NCBI GenBank assembly: GCA_019116685.1
Contig: DXBE01000021.1
Coordinates: 15,457 to 79,456, forward strand
Source: Candidatus Prevotella avicola
GTDB taxonomy: Bacteria > Bacteroidota > Bacteroidia > Bacteroidales > Bacteroidaceae
DNA: 64,000 nucleotides
Direction of reading: 5' to 3'
Positions 52,170 through 61,120 of the stretch are shown in pieces. The notes beneath the pieces were generated by a model. That model ran no database searches and was not told the DNA's origin. It worked only from the letters and a program-made list of their open reading frames with translations. Positions within the stretch are counted from its first letter, which is position 1. Each line of letters opens with the position of its first letter. Both the position numbers and the translations under genes were made by a program.

Positions 52170-53099
52170 TTAGCGCAGGGACATGCCGAAGTCCTTGCTG
52201 ATATAGTTGTAGATGTCCTTGCAGCATTCCGCCGAGAAGGCTTGCCCCATGCTGATGAGGCTGTCCCATTGTGTTTCGTTGAGTCCTCTGTCAATGTCTT
52301 CCCGGGTAATGCCCTGCTTGAGCATGCCATAGATAAAGCCTGCGTTGAAATTGTCGCCCGCCCCAATGGTGCTCACGGTTTTTGCCTGGGGTGTGGGGTA
52401 TTCTTTGCGGAAGCCGTTCTCCGCTCTTACCACGATAGGGTTGACTCCCCTGGTGCAGATGAATTTCTTGCAATAGAAGGATAGCTCTGTCGCGTATACC
52501 TTGTCGGGGTCGTCTTTCTTGTAGAGAATATTGAAGTCTTCATCGCTTCCTCTTACGATGTCGGTAAATTCCAGGTTTTCCAGTAAATTAGGCGTTATCT
52601 TCATGATTTCATCCCGATGGGAACTGCGGAAGTTCACGTCGTAGTACAAGATTGCTCCCTTGCGTTGTGCGTATTCCAGGAAGCCTGCCATTTGGGGACG
52701 TATTACGGGGTTGAGCGCGAAGAAGGAACCGAATAAGACGATATCCCCAGGTTGTATGTCTGGGTGGGTAAACTCCAGCCTGTCGTGAGGGTGGTCTTTG
52801 TAGAACAGGTATTCAGCGTTGTTGTTCTCGTCCAGGAAAGCCAGTGAGAGCGGTGACTTGGAATCGGGGAAGATATTTACGTTATCCGCGTTTACCCCGT
52901 TCTCTTTCAGGAAGTCTATGATATTTCGCCCCACTCGGTCATTGCCTGTTACGGAAATGAAAGTAGTCTCAATGCCCGCTCTTCCCAACGAGATGCAGGC
53001 GTTGTAAGTGGAGCCTCCTGGCACCGCGCTGATGGGCTGGTTGCCTCGGAAAATAATGTCGAGTACGGTTTCCCCTATTCCTATGACCTTTCTATTCAT
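52170..53099 (-). CDS. PfkB-family carbohydrate kinase (fructokinase-like)
   Basis: 309 aa. N-terminus VIGIGETVLDIIF...VPGGSTYN and the C-terminal ATP-binding motif TIGAGDNFNAGFIYG. Confidence 0.85.
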   Translation of the reverse strand: MNRKVIGIGETVLDIIFRGNQPISAVPGGSTYNACISLGRAGIETTFISVTGNDRVGRNIIDFLKENGVNADNVNIFPDSKSPLSLAFLDENNNAEYLFYKDHPHDRLEFTHPDIQPGDIVLFGSFFALNPVIRPQMAGFLEYAQRKGAILYYDVNFRSSHRDEIMKITPNLLENLEFTDIVRGSDEDFNILYKKDDPDKVYATELSFYCKKFICTRGVNPIVVRAENGFRKEYPTPQAKTVSTIGAGDNFNAGFIYGMLKQGITREDIDRGLNETQWDSLISMGQAFSAECCKDIYNYISKDFGMSLR

Positions 53100-53272
53100 G
53101 TCGAGTTAAGTTTTGATGTCCGCAAAGGTAATAAAAAAATTCGTAACGCCATGCTTTGCCGTTTGTTTTTCCCCTACTTTTTCGATGGGGAATCCTTTTT
53201 CTCGTGCGTGATTTCGGCAGGGGAATATTTCCCGTGCGGCTTCCCTGTCTCCGCTTTCCCTTATGGGACGGC

Positions 53273-54181
53273 CTATAGCACCAGGCTAAGCAGCGGGACG
53301 GAGAAGAGGGAGAGTAGGGTGGTGATGAAGGTGGCTTCGGCCATAGTGGTGACATCTTTGTGGTAACGGATGCAGAAAAGCGTTCCGTAAGACGCTACGG
53401 GCATGGCGCACACCACGGTGTTGATGGCGTTGACGCGGTGGTCGAAGCCTATGGCGTTAAATATGTAGAATAACAGGAGCGGGATGAGGAATAGCCTGAG
53501 GAGCGAGAGCATATAGATAGCCCTGCTGCCGCCCAGTTCCCTGACGGGGATGGTGGCCATAGACGAGCCGATGAGCAGCAAAGCGCCAGGAATGGTGATG
53601 TTGCCTAACAGGCGGCAGGGTTCGCTGATAACGGGCGAGACTTTCCATTCCATCGCCACGATAAGGATGGATATGTAAGAGCAAATCATGGCGGGTGACA
53701 CCAGTCTTTTCCAGTTGAACGATGACTTTCCAGAACTGCCCGCTATGAAACTTACGCCAAACGTGAACACCAGGAAAGTATTGGGGAAATTGAGTATCAC
53801 GGCATAGAAGATGGCCTCTGGGCCAAAGATGGCGGCCACGATGGGATAGCCGATGAAACCTACGTTTCCGAAAGTAATCATGAAGCTGTAGAGCCCTCGC
53901 GAGCTTTTTTGTATGGGGAGAAGCTTGGGCAGCGTGATGGCGGCCAGCAAGAGGATGGCGTAACTGGCGCAGCTGATGAGCAGCAGGGGCAATATCATGT
54001 GTTTGTCTGGCAACTTGTCGCCCATGGTGGAGCTGAGAATAAGGCAGGGGCAGGCCACGTCTATGACGAAGTTGGAGAGCTTTCCGTCAAATTCTTCGCC
54101 CATCATGCCTATCTTCCGCAATATATATCCCACCACCACGATGATGAAGAGAATGACCATTTGTTGTTCTATGCCGTTCAT
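53273..54181 (-). CDS. AEC (auxin efflux carrier) family transporter
   Basis: The ORF opens at 54343. The likely start is 54181 (MNGIEQQMVILFIIVVVGYILRKIG). About 10 TM segments with the typical two-half architecture. Confidence 0.8.
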   Translation of the reverse strand: MNGIEQQMVILFIIVVVGYILRKIGMMGEEFDGKLSNFVIDVACPCLILSSTMGDKLPDKHMILPLLLISCASYAILLLAAITLPKLLPIQKSSRGLYSFMITFGNVGFIGYPIVAAIFGPEAIFYAVILNFPNTFLVFTFGVSFIAGSSGKSSFNWKRLVSPAMICSYISILIVAMEWKVSPVISEPCRLLGNITIPGALLLIGSSMATIPVRELGGSRAIYMLSLLRLFLIPLLLFYIFNAIGFDHRVNAINTVVCAMPVASYGTLFCIRYHKDVTTMAEATFITTLLSLFSVPLLSLVL

Positions 54182-54321
54182 GAGCTGCTGTTTTGTTGCC
54201 TCCGAGCCGCGCCCTGGCGGCTTGAAACCGCCGCGAAAGTAGTGAGAAGTTTTGAAAGTAGGCGTGTTTTGGGAGGAAAAGTGCCCTTTTCCTGTGGTTT
54301 TTTCGTAATTTCGCGCCTGAA

Positions 54322-55545
54322 ATGAGATACAATACTTATACATTGGCCAACGGATTGCGTGTCATCCACTTGCCTAGCGAGTCGCCAGTGGTCTACTGTG
54401 GCTATCAGTTGCGGGCGGGAACACGTGACGAGGAAACAGGGCAGGAGGGCTTGGCCCACTTCTGCGAGCACGCCACGTTCAAGGGGACGGCAAGGCGCAA
54501 GGCTTGGCATGTCTTGAATTGCCTGGAGAGTGTGGGCGGCGACCTGAACGCTTTCACCAACAAAGAGGACACGGTCTACTACGCCGCCATCTTGAAAGAC
54601 CACGTGGCCAAGGCCGTCGACCTGCTCAGCGATATCGTTTTCCACTCCGTCTATCCGCGAAATGAGCTTGACAAGGAAGTGGAGGTGATATGCGATGAAA
54701 TCGAAAGTTACAATGACTCTCCAGCCGAATTGATTTACGATGAATTCGAGAACATGGTGTTCCGTGGCCATCCTCTTGGCCATAACATATTGGGTACGGC
54801 GGAAAGGGTGCGGGCTTATACCACCCAAGACGCCCTCTCGTTCGCCAGGAGACATTATGTCCCTTCCAACGCGGTGTTCTTTGCCTATGGCGACGTGGAT
54901 TTCTCTCGCTTGGTGAAGTTGTTGGAGCGGCATACCGCGGATATTCCTGCCGCTTCCCGTCCGGAAAGAAAGTGCCCCGAGTTGCCCCAGACTTCTCCCC
55001 AGACGAGAGTGGTAGACAAGGGCACCCATCAGGCGCATGTCATGTTGGGGGCGAGGGCATATCCCATCCATGACGAGCGACGTATCACGCTCTACCTGTT
55101 GAATAACATCCTCGGCGGCCCTGGCTTGAGCGCCCGTCTCAATCTTTCGTTGCGTGAGCGACATGGCATGGTCTATACCGTGGAGAGTAATATGGTGAGC
55201 TATGGCGATACGGGCATGTGGAACGTTTATTTCGGCTGTGACCAGAAAGATGTCGCCAAGTGTCTCCGCTTGGTGCGCGGGGAACTGGACAAGATTATCA
55301 ATTCTCCCCTCACGCCCATGCAACTGGCCAAGGCCAAGAAACAGATAAAGGGACAGATAGGAGTGGCTTGCGACAACCGCGAGAGCTTTGCCCTCGACTT
55401 CGGCAAGAGCTTTCTCCACTATGGATGGGAGAAGGACGTTCACGCCCTCTATCGTCATATAGACGAGGTCACGGCAGATGGAATTCAGCGGGTGGCAGCC
55501 GACCTTTTCGCTCCTGACAACCTTTTTACGCTCATTTATCAATAG
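54322..55545 (+). CDS. M16-family zinc peptidase (insulinase/pitrilysin-like)
   Basis: 407 aa. Inverted zinc motif HFCEHATFKGT (HxxEH) with a downstream Glu. Confidence 0.85.
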   Translation: MRYNTYTLANGLRVIHLPSESPVVYCGYQLRAGTRDEETGQEGLAHFCEHATFKGTARRKAWHVLNCLESVGGDLNAFTNKEDTVYYAAILKDHVAKAVDLLSDIVFHSVYPRNELDKEVEVICDEIESYNDSPAELIYDEFENMVFRGHPLGHNILGTAERVRAYTTQDALSFARRHYVPSNAVFFAYGDVDFSRLVKLLERHTADIPAASRPERKCPELPQTSPQTRVVDKGTHQAHVMLGARAYPIHDERRITLYLLNNILGGPGLSARLNLSLRERHGMVYTVESNMVSYGDTGMWNVYFGCDQKDVAKCLRLVRGELDKIINSPLTPMQLAKAKKQIKGQIGVACDNRESFALDFGKSFLHYGWEKDVHALYRHIDEVTADGIQRVAADLFAPDNLFTLIYQ

Positions 55546-55559
55546 AGAATTGACGCAGG

Positions 55560-55597
55560 AAATGCCCGTTTCATCGGTGAAACGGGCATTTTTTTGT
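55560..55597 (+). terminator. Rho-independent terminator after the M16 peptidase gene
   Basis: AAATGCCCGTTTCA-TCGG-TGAAACGGGCATTT followed by TTTTTT. Confidence 0.75.
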
Positions 55598-55733
55598 ATC
55601 CCTTTCGCCATTGTGCACAAATGTGCACAAGCCTTTTGGTGTTCTGGTATATAGCTTTTGCGCATGTAAAAACTATGGTTATAAATCGTTTTCAGATACT
55701 CTATAAGTCGCGGGGAGTTAGCTCCTAAATCTG

Positions 55734-55811
55734 TTTCACGACGTGAAATAGCTATTCCACGACGTGAAACAGCTATTCCACGTCGTGGAATACATATTTC
55801 ACGTCGTGGAA
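55734..55811. repeat. Four 15-bp sites (TTYCACGWCGTGRAA) with an exact 21-bp period and overall dyad symmetry
   Basis: TTTCACGACGTGAAA (55734), TTCCACGACGTGAAA (55755), TTCCACGTCGTGGAA (55776) and TTTCACGTCGTGGAA (55797). Site 4 is the exact reverse complement of site 2. Confidence 0.85.
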
Positions 55812-55970
55812 TGCGGAAGTTAGCTATTATCTTGCGGTTTATAGACTATGCAAATGCGATTTATATACAGTGTAAACATGATTTACGAGCTATGCGCCCG
55901 CGGTTTCTTTATGCGCGCATGGCCCATGTAGGCAAAGGAGCCGAAGGGGAAGAAAGTATAGGGGAGGGGC

Positions 55971-56570
55971 TTACAGATAGAAAATGGCCTCGTTGCCCAT
56001 GTTGAAAAGCAGGTCTAGGATAGAGAGATTGGGCAGGAAGCCCAGTTTCCTTTCATAGACCTGATAGTAACGGCGAGGCATGAAACCAGGGTCTTCCGCG
56101 GGATGTTTGGGTTGGATGGCGTTCCTGAAATCGTTGTCCGCCTCGGGCAAGTAGTCTTCCGTGGGAGCCAGGAGCGGATGGATGTCAAGCAACTGGCACA
56201 TCGTTTGCGCGATGTCCCAGTTATAGTCGAAAAGGTATTTCCATTTCCGCTCAAAGAAAGGCCTGATGTCATCGGCGTAGAACTCGAAGAAAGGGCTTTC
56301 TCCGTAAGCGGAACAAAGGGCGTTCCAGTGCAAGTGTCTCCAGTTTCCGTGGTCAGATATCTGGATGTCTCTTATGAGTCGTGGGCCTCGTTCAATAGGC
56401 AGGGTAAGTGATTGCGGCCCATTGGTGGTGACGATGACACAGCGATTGCGATAGGTTTGCTTTTGGAAGCTCTCCATGCGTTCTATGCGGCATTCGTCGT
56501 GCCGATAGAGTTTCTGGTACCACTGGATAGGGCCGAAGTAGGTGGTGGATAGTAGCGCTGTGGTGCTCAT
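55971..56570 (-). CDS. WbqC-family protein
   Basis: 199 aa. N-terminus LLSTTYFGPIQWYQKL and overall pattern are typical of WbqC-like proteins. It sits in the dapB-lepB-wbqC arrangement that I recall as typical of Bacteroidales. Confidence 0.75.
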   Translation of the reverse strand: MSTTALLSTTYFGPIQWYQKLYRHDECRIERMESFQKQTYRNRCVIVTTNGPQSLTLPIERGPRLIRDIQISDHGNWRHLHWNALCSAYGESPFFEFYADDIRPFFERKWKYLFDYNWDIAQTMCQLLDIHPLLAPTEDYLPEADNDFRNAIQPKHPAEDPGFMPRRYYQVYERKLGFLPNLSILDLLFNMGNEAIFYL

Positions 56571-56594
56571 GGTTGGTTTTGCTCGGAAGGCGTG

Positions 56595-56990
56595 TCAGAA
56601 GACGCGGAACGCCTTGCCTATAATTTGGTGTTTGTATACCAACTGATGTCCCGCCGAGGTCTTGACGAAGTAGAGGCGGCAGTCCGTGCTTTGGCAGCGG
56701 TCACAACATACCTCAGGTATCCGATATTGGTTGCCGCCCAAGGCTATGGTGTCTCCGGGCAGGTTGATGATTTCCGCCAGGTAGTTGTAGGTAGAGTCTG
56801 TATAGACAATGAAGTCTCCTTTCTTGGGCGTTATAGTGGATAGGCGGTTCACGATTACCCTGTTTCCTTTCCTCATGGTGGGTGCCAGCCCATCGTCGCT
56901 TACGGCATAGACCGTGAGCGCGAAGGCGTGTATCGCCCATGCCAGGCATAGGCATACCGCCAGTGCAAGGAGGAATTTCACATATTTCAA
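56595..56990 (-). CDS. S26 signal-peptidase-like protein, probably catalytically inactive
   Basis: 131 aa with an N-terminal TM segment. S26-like blocks VSDDGLAPTMRKGNRVIVNR and IINLPGDTIAL. By eye alignment, Gly and Ala occupy the Ser and Lys dyad positions. Confidence 0.65.
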   Translation of the reverse strand: MKYVKFLLALAVCLCLAWAIHAFALTVYAVSDDGLAPTMRKGNRVIVNRLSTITPKKGDFIVYTDSTYNYLAEIINLPGDTIALGGNQYRIPEVCCDRCQSTDCRLYFVKTSAGHQLVYKHQIIGKAFRVF

Positions 56991-58472
56991 TTACTTGATG
57001 TTGTCTACTAAGGTAAAGAGTCGATTCCACCTTATGCCGCTGAACCCAGGGCGGTCGGGATTGTGGCTCCACCAGATGAATATGGGCTTGCCCACGATGT
57101 GGTCTTCCGGCACGAAGCCCCAATAGCGGGAGTCGGCGGAGTTGTGCCTGTTGTCGCCCATCATCCAATAATAGTCCATCTTGAAGGTGTAGCTGTCCGC
57201 CAACCTACCATTGATGTATATCTGCCCATTCTTCACCTCCAGGTCGTTGCCTTCGTATACCTTGATGCAACGCTCATAGATGGCGATGTTTTGCAAGGAT
57301 AGCTTGAGGGTTTCTCCCTTTTTGGGTATCCACACGGGACCATAGTTGTCGCGGGTCCAGCCCGTTACCATGTTGAGCGGGTAAAGGTCTCCCACGGTAG
57401 CGTCCTCATTGATACGGATGCTTTCCACCAGGTCTGTGCGAGCCTTGAGAGCCTGGTAGGCCTTCTGGGTCAAAGGCATGTATCCGTATTGATTGAGGGA
57501 AGTCAGGTCTTCGTTGGTGATTCCCAGCTCATCCATCAGTTCGATGGGCAGGCTTTCCTTCAACTTTATATAATAGGTATATTGCACGTTGTCCGGCTCC
57601 TTGTTGGGTTTGCCGTCCAGGTAGATAATGCGGTTCTTGATTTGCAAGGTCTGCCCAGGCAGTCCGACGCAGCGTTTCACGTAGTTTTCCCTACGGTCTG
57701 TGGGGCGGGAGATGATGTCGCCGAACTCACGGGGATTGTCTTTGATATATTTTCGCCCCATCGCGTAAACTTTCTCGAAGTAGGCTCTTTGTTGCAGCAG
57801 GTTCATCTTGCTTACGTCCGCGGGATGGCCTGCCAGCTCCTCGTAGAGCTGTTCGCCTATGGGATAGACCAGCTGGCCGTAGTAATCAGCCGCCTGGTAG
57901 CGAGGTTCGTTTACCAAAGTGTCGCCCGAGGGGTAGTTGAACACCACGATGTCATTCAGTTTTACCTTTCCCAGTCCTTTTACCCTGCGATAGTCCCAAT
58001 GAGGCCAGTCCAGGTAACTCTTGGTGTTGATGATGGGCAGGGTGTGCTGCGTGAGCGGCATGGTAAGTGGGGTCTGCGGAATGCGAGGGCCATAACTTAC
58101 CTTCGACACAAACAGGTAGTCGCCTGTCAGCAGGCTCTTCTCCAGGGAGGAGGAGGGTATCACGTAGTTCTGGAAGAAGAATTGGTTGATGAAATATACC
58201 GCTATCAAGGCGAACACCAACGCGTCTACCCACGACATGATGAAGCGCACGGGACCTTCGGAGTCCTTCCACCATTGCCAGCGTATCTTCTTGGAGATGT
58301 AAACGTCATAGATAAAAGGCACTACCAAGAGCCCCCACCAGCTGCCCACCCAGTAAAGGAAGAGCAAGTAGAGCAGGGTGACCACGATGAATTTCGCCCA
58401 TTGGCGCTTCATGTTGAGCTTGGCTTTCCGCCTGTCGGTTATCTTGCGTGAGGCATTCCGCTTTTCTGTCAT
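56991..58472 (-). CDS. lepB: Signal peptidase I
   Basis: 493 aa. TM anchor, catalytic Ser block VIPSSSLEKSLLTGDYLFVSK, Lys block YVKRCVGLPGQTL and C-terminal GDNRHNSADSRYWGFVPEDHIVGK. Confidence 0.9.
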   Translation of the reverse strand: MTEKRNASRKITDRRKAKLNMKRQWAKFIVVTLLYLLFLYWVGSWWGLLVVPFIYDVYISKKIRWQWWKDSEGPVRFIMSWVDALVFALIAVYFINQFFFQNYVIPSSSLEKSLLTGDYLFVSKVSYGPRIPQTPLTMPLTQHTLPIINTKSYLDWPHWDYRRVKGLGKVKLNDIVVFNYPSGDTLVNEPRYQAADYYGQLVYPIGEQLYEELAGHPADVSKMNLLQQRAYFEKVYAMGRKYIKDNPREFGDIISRPTDRRENYVKRCVGLPGQTLQIKNRIIYLDGKPNKEPDNVQYTYYIKLKESLPIELMDELGITNEDLTSLNQYGYMPLTQKAYQALKARTDLVESIRINEDATVGDLYPLNMVTGWTRDNYGPVWIPKKGETLKLSLQNIAIYERCIKVYEGNDLEVKNGQIYINGRLADSYTFKMDYYWMMGDNRHNSADSRYWGFVPEDHIVGKPIFIWWSHNPDRPGFSGIRWNRLFTLVDNIK

Positions 58473-58493
58473 GGCGTAGAGTGGATTTTGGGT

Positions 58494-59252
58494 TTAGAAT
58501 TTAAACAAGTCGTTTGTGGAGAGCAGACCTTGGTGGTCTTTGGTATACTCTGCCGCCAATACCGCGCCTAGGGCAAATCCTTGGCGGGAGTGCGCGCTGT
58601 GCTCGATGGTAATCATGTCGGCCTCGCTGTCATACATGATGGCGTGAATGCCAGGCACTTCTCCGTCTCTCACGCAGTTGATGACCAAGTCTTCCTTGGT
58701 GGTCTGCTCGCCTTCGTCCTCATGGCCGTCCTCTGTCCAGATGGTGACTCCCCGCTTCCAGTCTTTCTTGCGGTCAATGCGCTCCACGATTTCCTCGGCC
58801 AGGGTGATGGCGGTACCGCTGGGTGCGTCCAGCTTATGTACGTGGTGCGTCTCTTGCATGCAGACATCATATTGGGTAAAGCCGTTCATGATGTTGGCCA
58901 AGTAACGGTTTACCGCCTGGAAGATAGCCACGCCGATAGAGAAGTTGCTCGCCCAGAACAAGGTGTTGCCTTCCTCTCGGCAAAGCCTTTCCACGTCCTC
59001 GCGATGGTCTTTCATCCATCCCGTGCTGCCGCTGACCACTTTCACCCCATGGCTAAAAGCCTTCAGGTAATTGCCATAGGCGGCGGTGGGATTGGTGAAC
59101 TCTATGGCCACGTCGGCACTGGCGAACGCGGGGCTATCAAAGTCCTCTGGATTGTCAATATCTATCTTACAAACGATTTCATGTCCACGGCTCAGGGCTA
59201 TCTGCTCTATCATGTGTCCCATCTTGCCGTAGCCTATCAACGCTATCTTCAT
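58494..59252 (-). CDS. dapB: 4-hydroxy-tetrahydrodipicolinate reductase
   Basis: 252 aa. N-terminal NAD(P)-binding motif MKIALIGYGKMG and the ETHHVHKLDAPSGTA motif. Confidence 0.9.
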   Translation of the reverse strand: MKIALIGYGKMGHMIEQIALSRGHEIVCKIDIDNPEDFDSPAFASADVAIEFTNPTAAYGNYLKAFSHGVKVVSGSTGWMKDHREDVERLCREEGNTLFWASNFSIGVAIFQAVNRYLANIMNGFTQYDVCMQETHHVHKLDAPSGTAITLAEEIVERIDRKKDWKRGVTIWTEDGHEDEGEQTTKEDLVINCVRDGEVPGIHAIMYDSEADMITIEHSAHSRQGFALGAVLAAEYTKDHQGLLSTNDLFKF

Positions 59253-59374
59253 GTTTTATTTGTGTTTAGACTAGCGCGAAGGTAACCTTTTTTGTTTATA
59301 AAATCATGCGTTTATCGGTAAAATCCAGGAAATTTATGTATTTTTGTATGGTTTTATAATGAAATAAGTCAGTT

Positions 59375-59800
59375 ATGAGTGATAAATATGTCTATGAGAC
59401 ACGCATGGAAGTACGCGATTACGAGTGCGATATCGAGGGAATAGTCAACAACGCCAACTACTTGCATTACCTGGAGCACACCCGTCACAGGTTTTTGCGC
59501 CAGGCGGGATTGAGCTTTGCCGAGATGCACCAGCGAGGCGTGGATGCCGTGGTGGCTCGTATGGACTTGCGATATAAATCGCCGTTGCGTTGTGACGACA
59601 ATCTCATCTCCCGCCTTTGGATAGAGAAACAAGGCATTCGATACGTATTTCACCAAGATATCTTCAGGGAAGCAGACGAGGCGCTATGCCTGAAAGCCAC
59701 GGTAGAGCTGGTGTGTCTGGTGAATGGAAAGCTCGCCAACAGCGAGGAATACGACAAGGCTTTCCTGCCTTATTTCGCCAATCACAGGCGGTCGGAATAG
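59375..59800 (+). CDS. Acyl-CoA thioesterase (4HBT/YbgC hotdog family)
   Basis: 141 aa. VRDYECDIEGIVNNANYLHYLEHTRHRFL is a typical hotdog-fold thioesterase N-terminus. Confidence 0.8.
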   Translation: MSDKYVYETRMEVRDYECDIEGIVNNANYLHYLEHTRHRFLRQAGLSFAEMHQRGVDAVVARMDLRYKSPLRCDDNLISRLWIEKQGIRYVFHQDIFREADEALCLKATVELVCLVNGKLANSEEYDKAFLPYFANHRRSE

Positions 59801-59823
59801 TGGGATAACAGAGGAAAGGTTAT

Positions 59824-61119
59824 ATGGAGGCATTACTACACTATGTGTGGAAGCACAAGTTGTACCCATTAGAGGGGTTGGTGACCCAAGAGGGATTGGG
59901 CGTGGAAGTGATAGACCCTGGCTTGCACAACATAGACGCGGGCCCAGACTTCTTCAACGCCAAGCTGAAGATAGGAGATACCCTATGGGTGGGCAACGTG
60001 GAGATACACGAAAAGGCCAGTGATTGGTTTCTGCATGGACACGAAAAAGACGCGAGGTATGATAACGTGATATTGCACGTATGTGGTGATATCGATGCCA
60101 TCGCGGTAAACTCGCAAGGCAAGCCGCTCTGCCAGATGAGGCTGGATGTGCCTGCCCGTGTACAGGAGCATTTTGAAGAATTGGCGAGGGAAGACAAATA
60201 TCCACGTTGCCATAGGATAATCCCCGAGCTTCCCGCCCTCACTATACATGGGTGGATGAGTGCTTTGCAAGTGGAAAGACTGGAAAGGAAAACAGAGGAC
60301 ATCCGCAAGAGAGTGGAAAAGTGTGATGGCTCATGGGAGGCCGCGTATTTTGTTACCTTGGCTCGCAATTTCGGCTTTGGCATCAATAGCGACGTGTTTG
60401 AGGAATGGGCTTTGCATGTCCCTTTGCAGGCTGTAGCCCATCATCGAGACAATATTTTCCAGGTGGAAGCCTTCTTTATGGGACAAGCGGGTCTTCTGGA
60501 TATCAACACCATACCCGAACGCTATCGCGCCGACGCGTTGGCGGAAGGTTATTTCCAGAAATTACAAGAGGAATATAAATACTTGGCGCACAAGTTCTCG
60601 TTGCGCCCCATAGACGCTAAGTTGTGGCGCTTTTTGCGCTTGAGGCCGCAAAATTTCCCCCATATCCGTCTCTCGCAGCTCGTGTCGCTTTACCATCAGC
60701 GCAAGGCTGGACTGAGCCAGCTGTTGGAAGCCACGGACCTGGAGCAGGCACGCGAGGTAATCGCCACCCAAGTGACCCCTTACTGGGAGACGCATTACAC
60801 CTTTGGCAGCACAAGCGTAAGGAACGAGAAGAATCTCTCCGTGTTCTCCCAGAACCTGATATTGATCAATACCGTGGCCCCAATGTTTTTCGCTTATGGG
60901 CGGCATAAGATGGACGAGCGGCTATGCGAAAGGGCTTTCGACTTCCTGGAGCAAGTGAAGGCGGAGAATAATAGCATCGTGCGTATGTGGCAGCAATGCG
61001 GCCTCATAGTGCAGAACGCAGGTGACAGCCAGGCGTTGATACAGCTGAAAAAAGAATATTGTGACCGCAAGGAATGTTTGCGCTGTCGCTTCGGTTATGA
61101 ATATTTAAGGAGGAAATGA
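59824..61119 (+). CDS. DUF2851-family protein
   Basis: 431 aa. N-terminus LLHYVWKHKLYPL...IDPGLHNIDAGPDFFNAKLKIGDTLWVGNVEIHEKASDWFLHGH and a C-terminal CxxC (CLRCRFG) are typical of the family. Confidence 0.75.
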   Translation: MEALLHYVWKHKLYPLEGLVTQEGLGVEVIDPGLHNIDAGPDFFNAKLKIGDTLWVGNVEIHEKASDWFLHGHEKDARYDNVILHVCGDIDAIAVNSQGKPLCQMRLDVPARVQEHFEELAREDKYPRCHRIIPELPALTIHGWMSALQVERLERKTEDIRKRVEKCDGSWEAAYFVTLARNFGFGINSDVFEEWALHVPLQAVAHHRDNIFQVEAFFMGQAGLLDINTIPERYRADALAEGYFQKLQEEYKYLAHKFSLRPIDAKLWRFLRLRPQNFPHIRLSQLVSLYHQRKAGLSQLLEATDLEQAREVIATQVTPYWETHYTFGSTSVRNEKNLSVFSQNLILINTVAPMFFAYGRHKMDERLCERAFDFLEQVKAENNSIVRMWQQCGLIVQNAGDSQALIQLKKEYCDRKECLRCRFGYEYLRRK

Positions 61120-61120
61120 C

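Noticed and set aside
54178-55665. 495-aa minus-strand ORF spanning the M16 peptidase gene and part of the AEC transporter upstream region
   Set aside because: It is antisense to a well-supported HxxEH peptidase gene. It has no recognisable motifs. Its Arg/Gly/His/Val-rich composition is typical of the reverse frame of GC-rich coding DNA.
55811-56005. 64-aa plus-strand ORF immediately after the 21-bp phased array
   Set aside because: It overlaps the 3-prime end of wbqC on the other strand. It has no signal peptide or motif, and its composition is unremarkable. It is kept in mind only as a possible target of the array, with no positive evidence.
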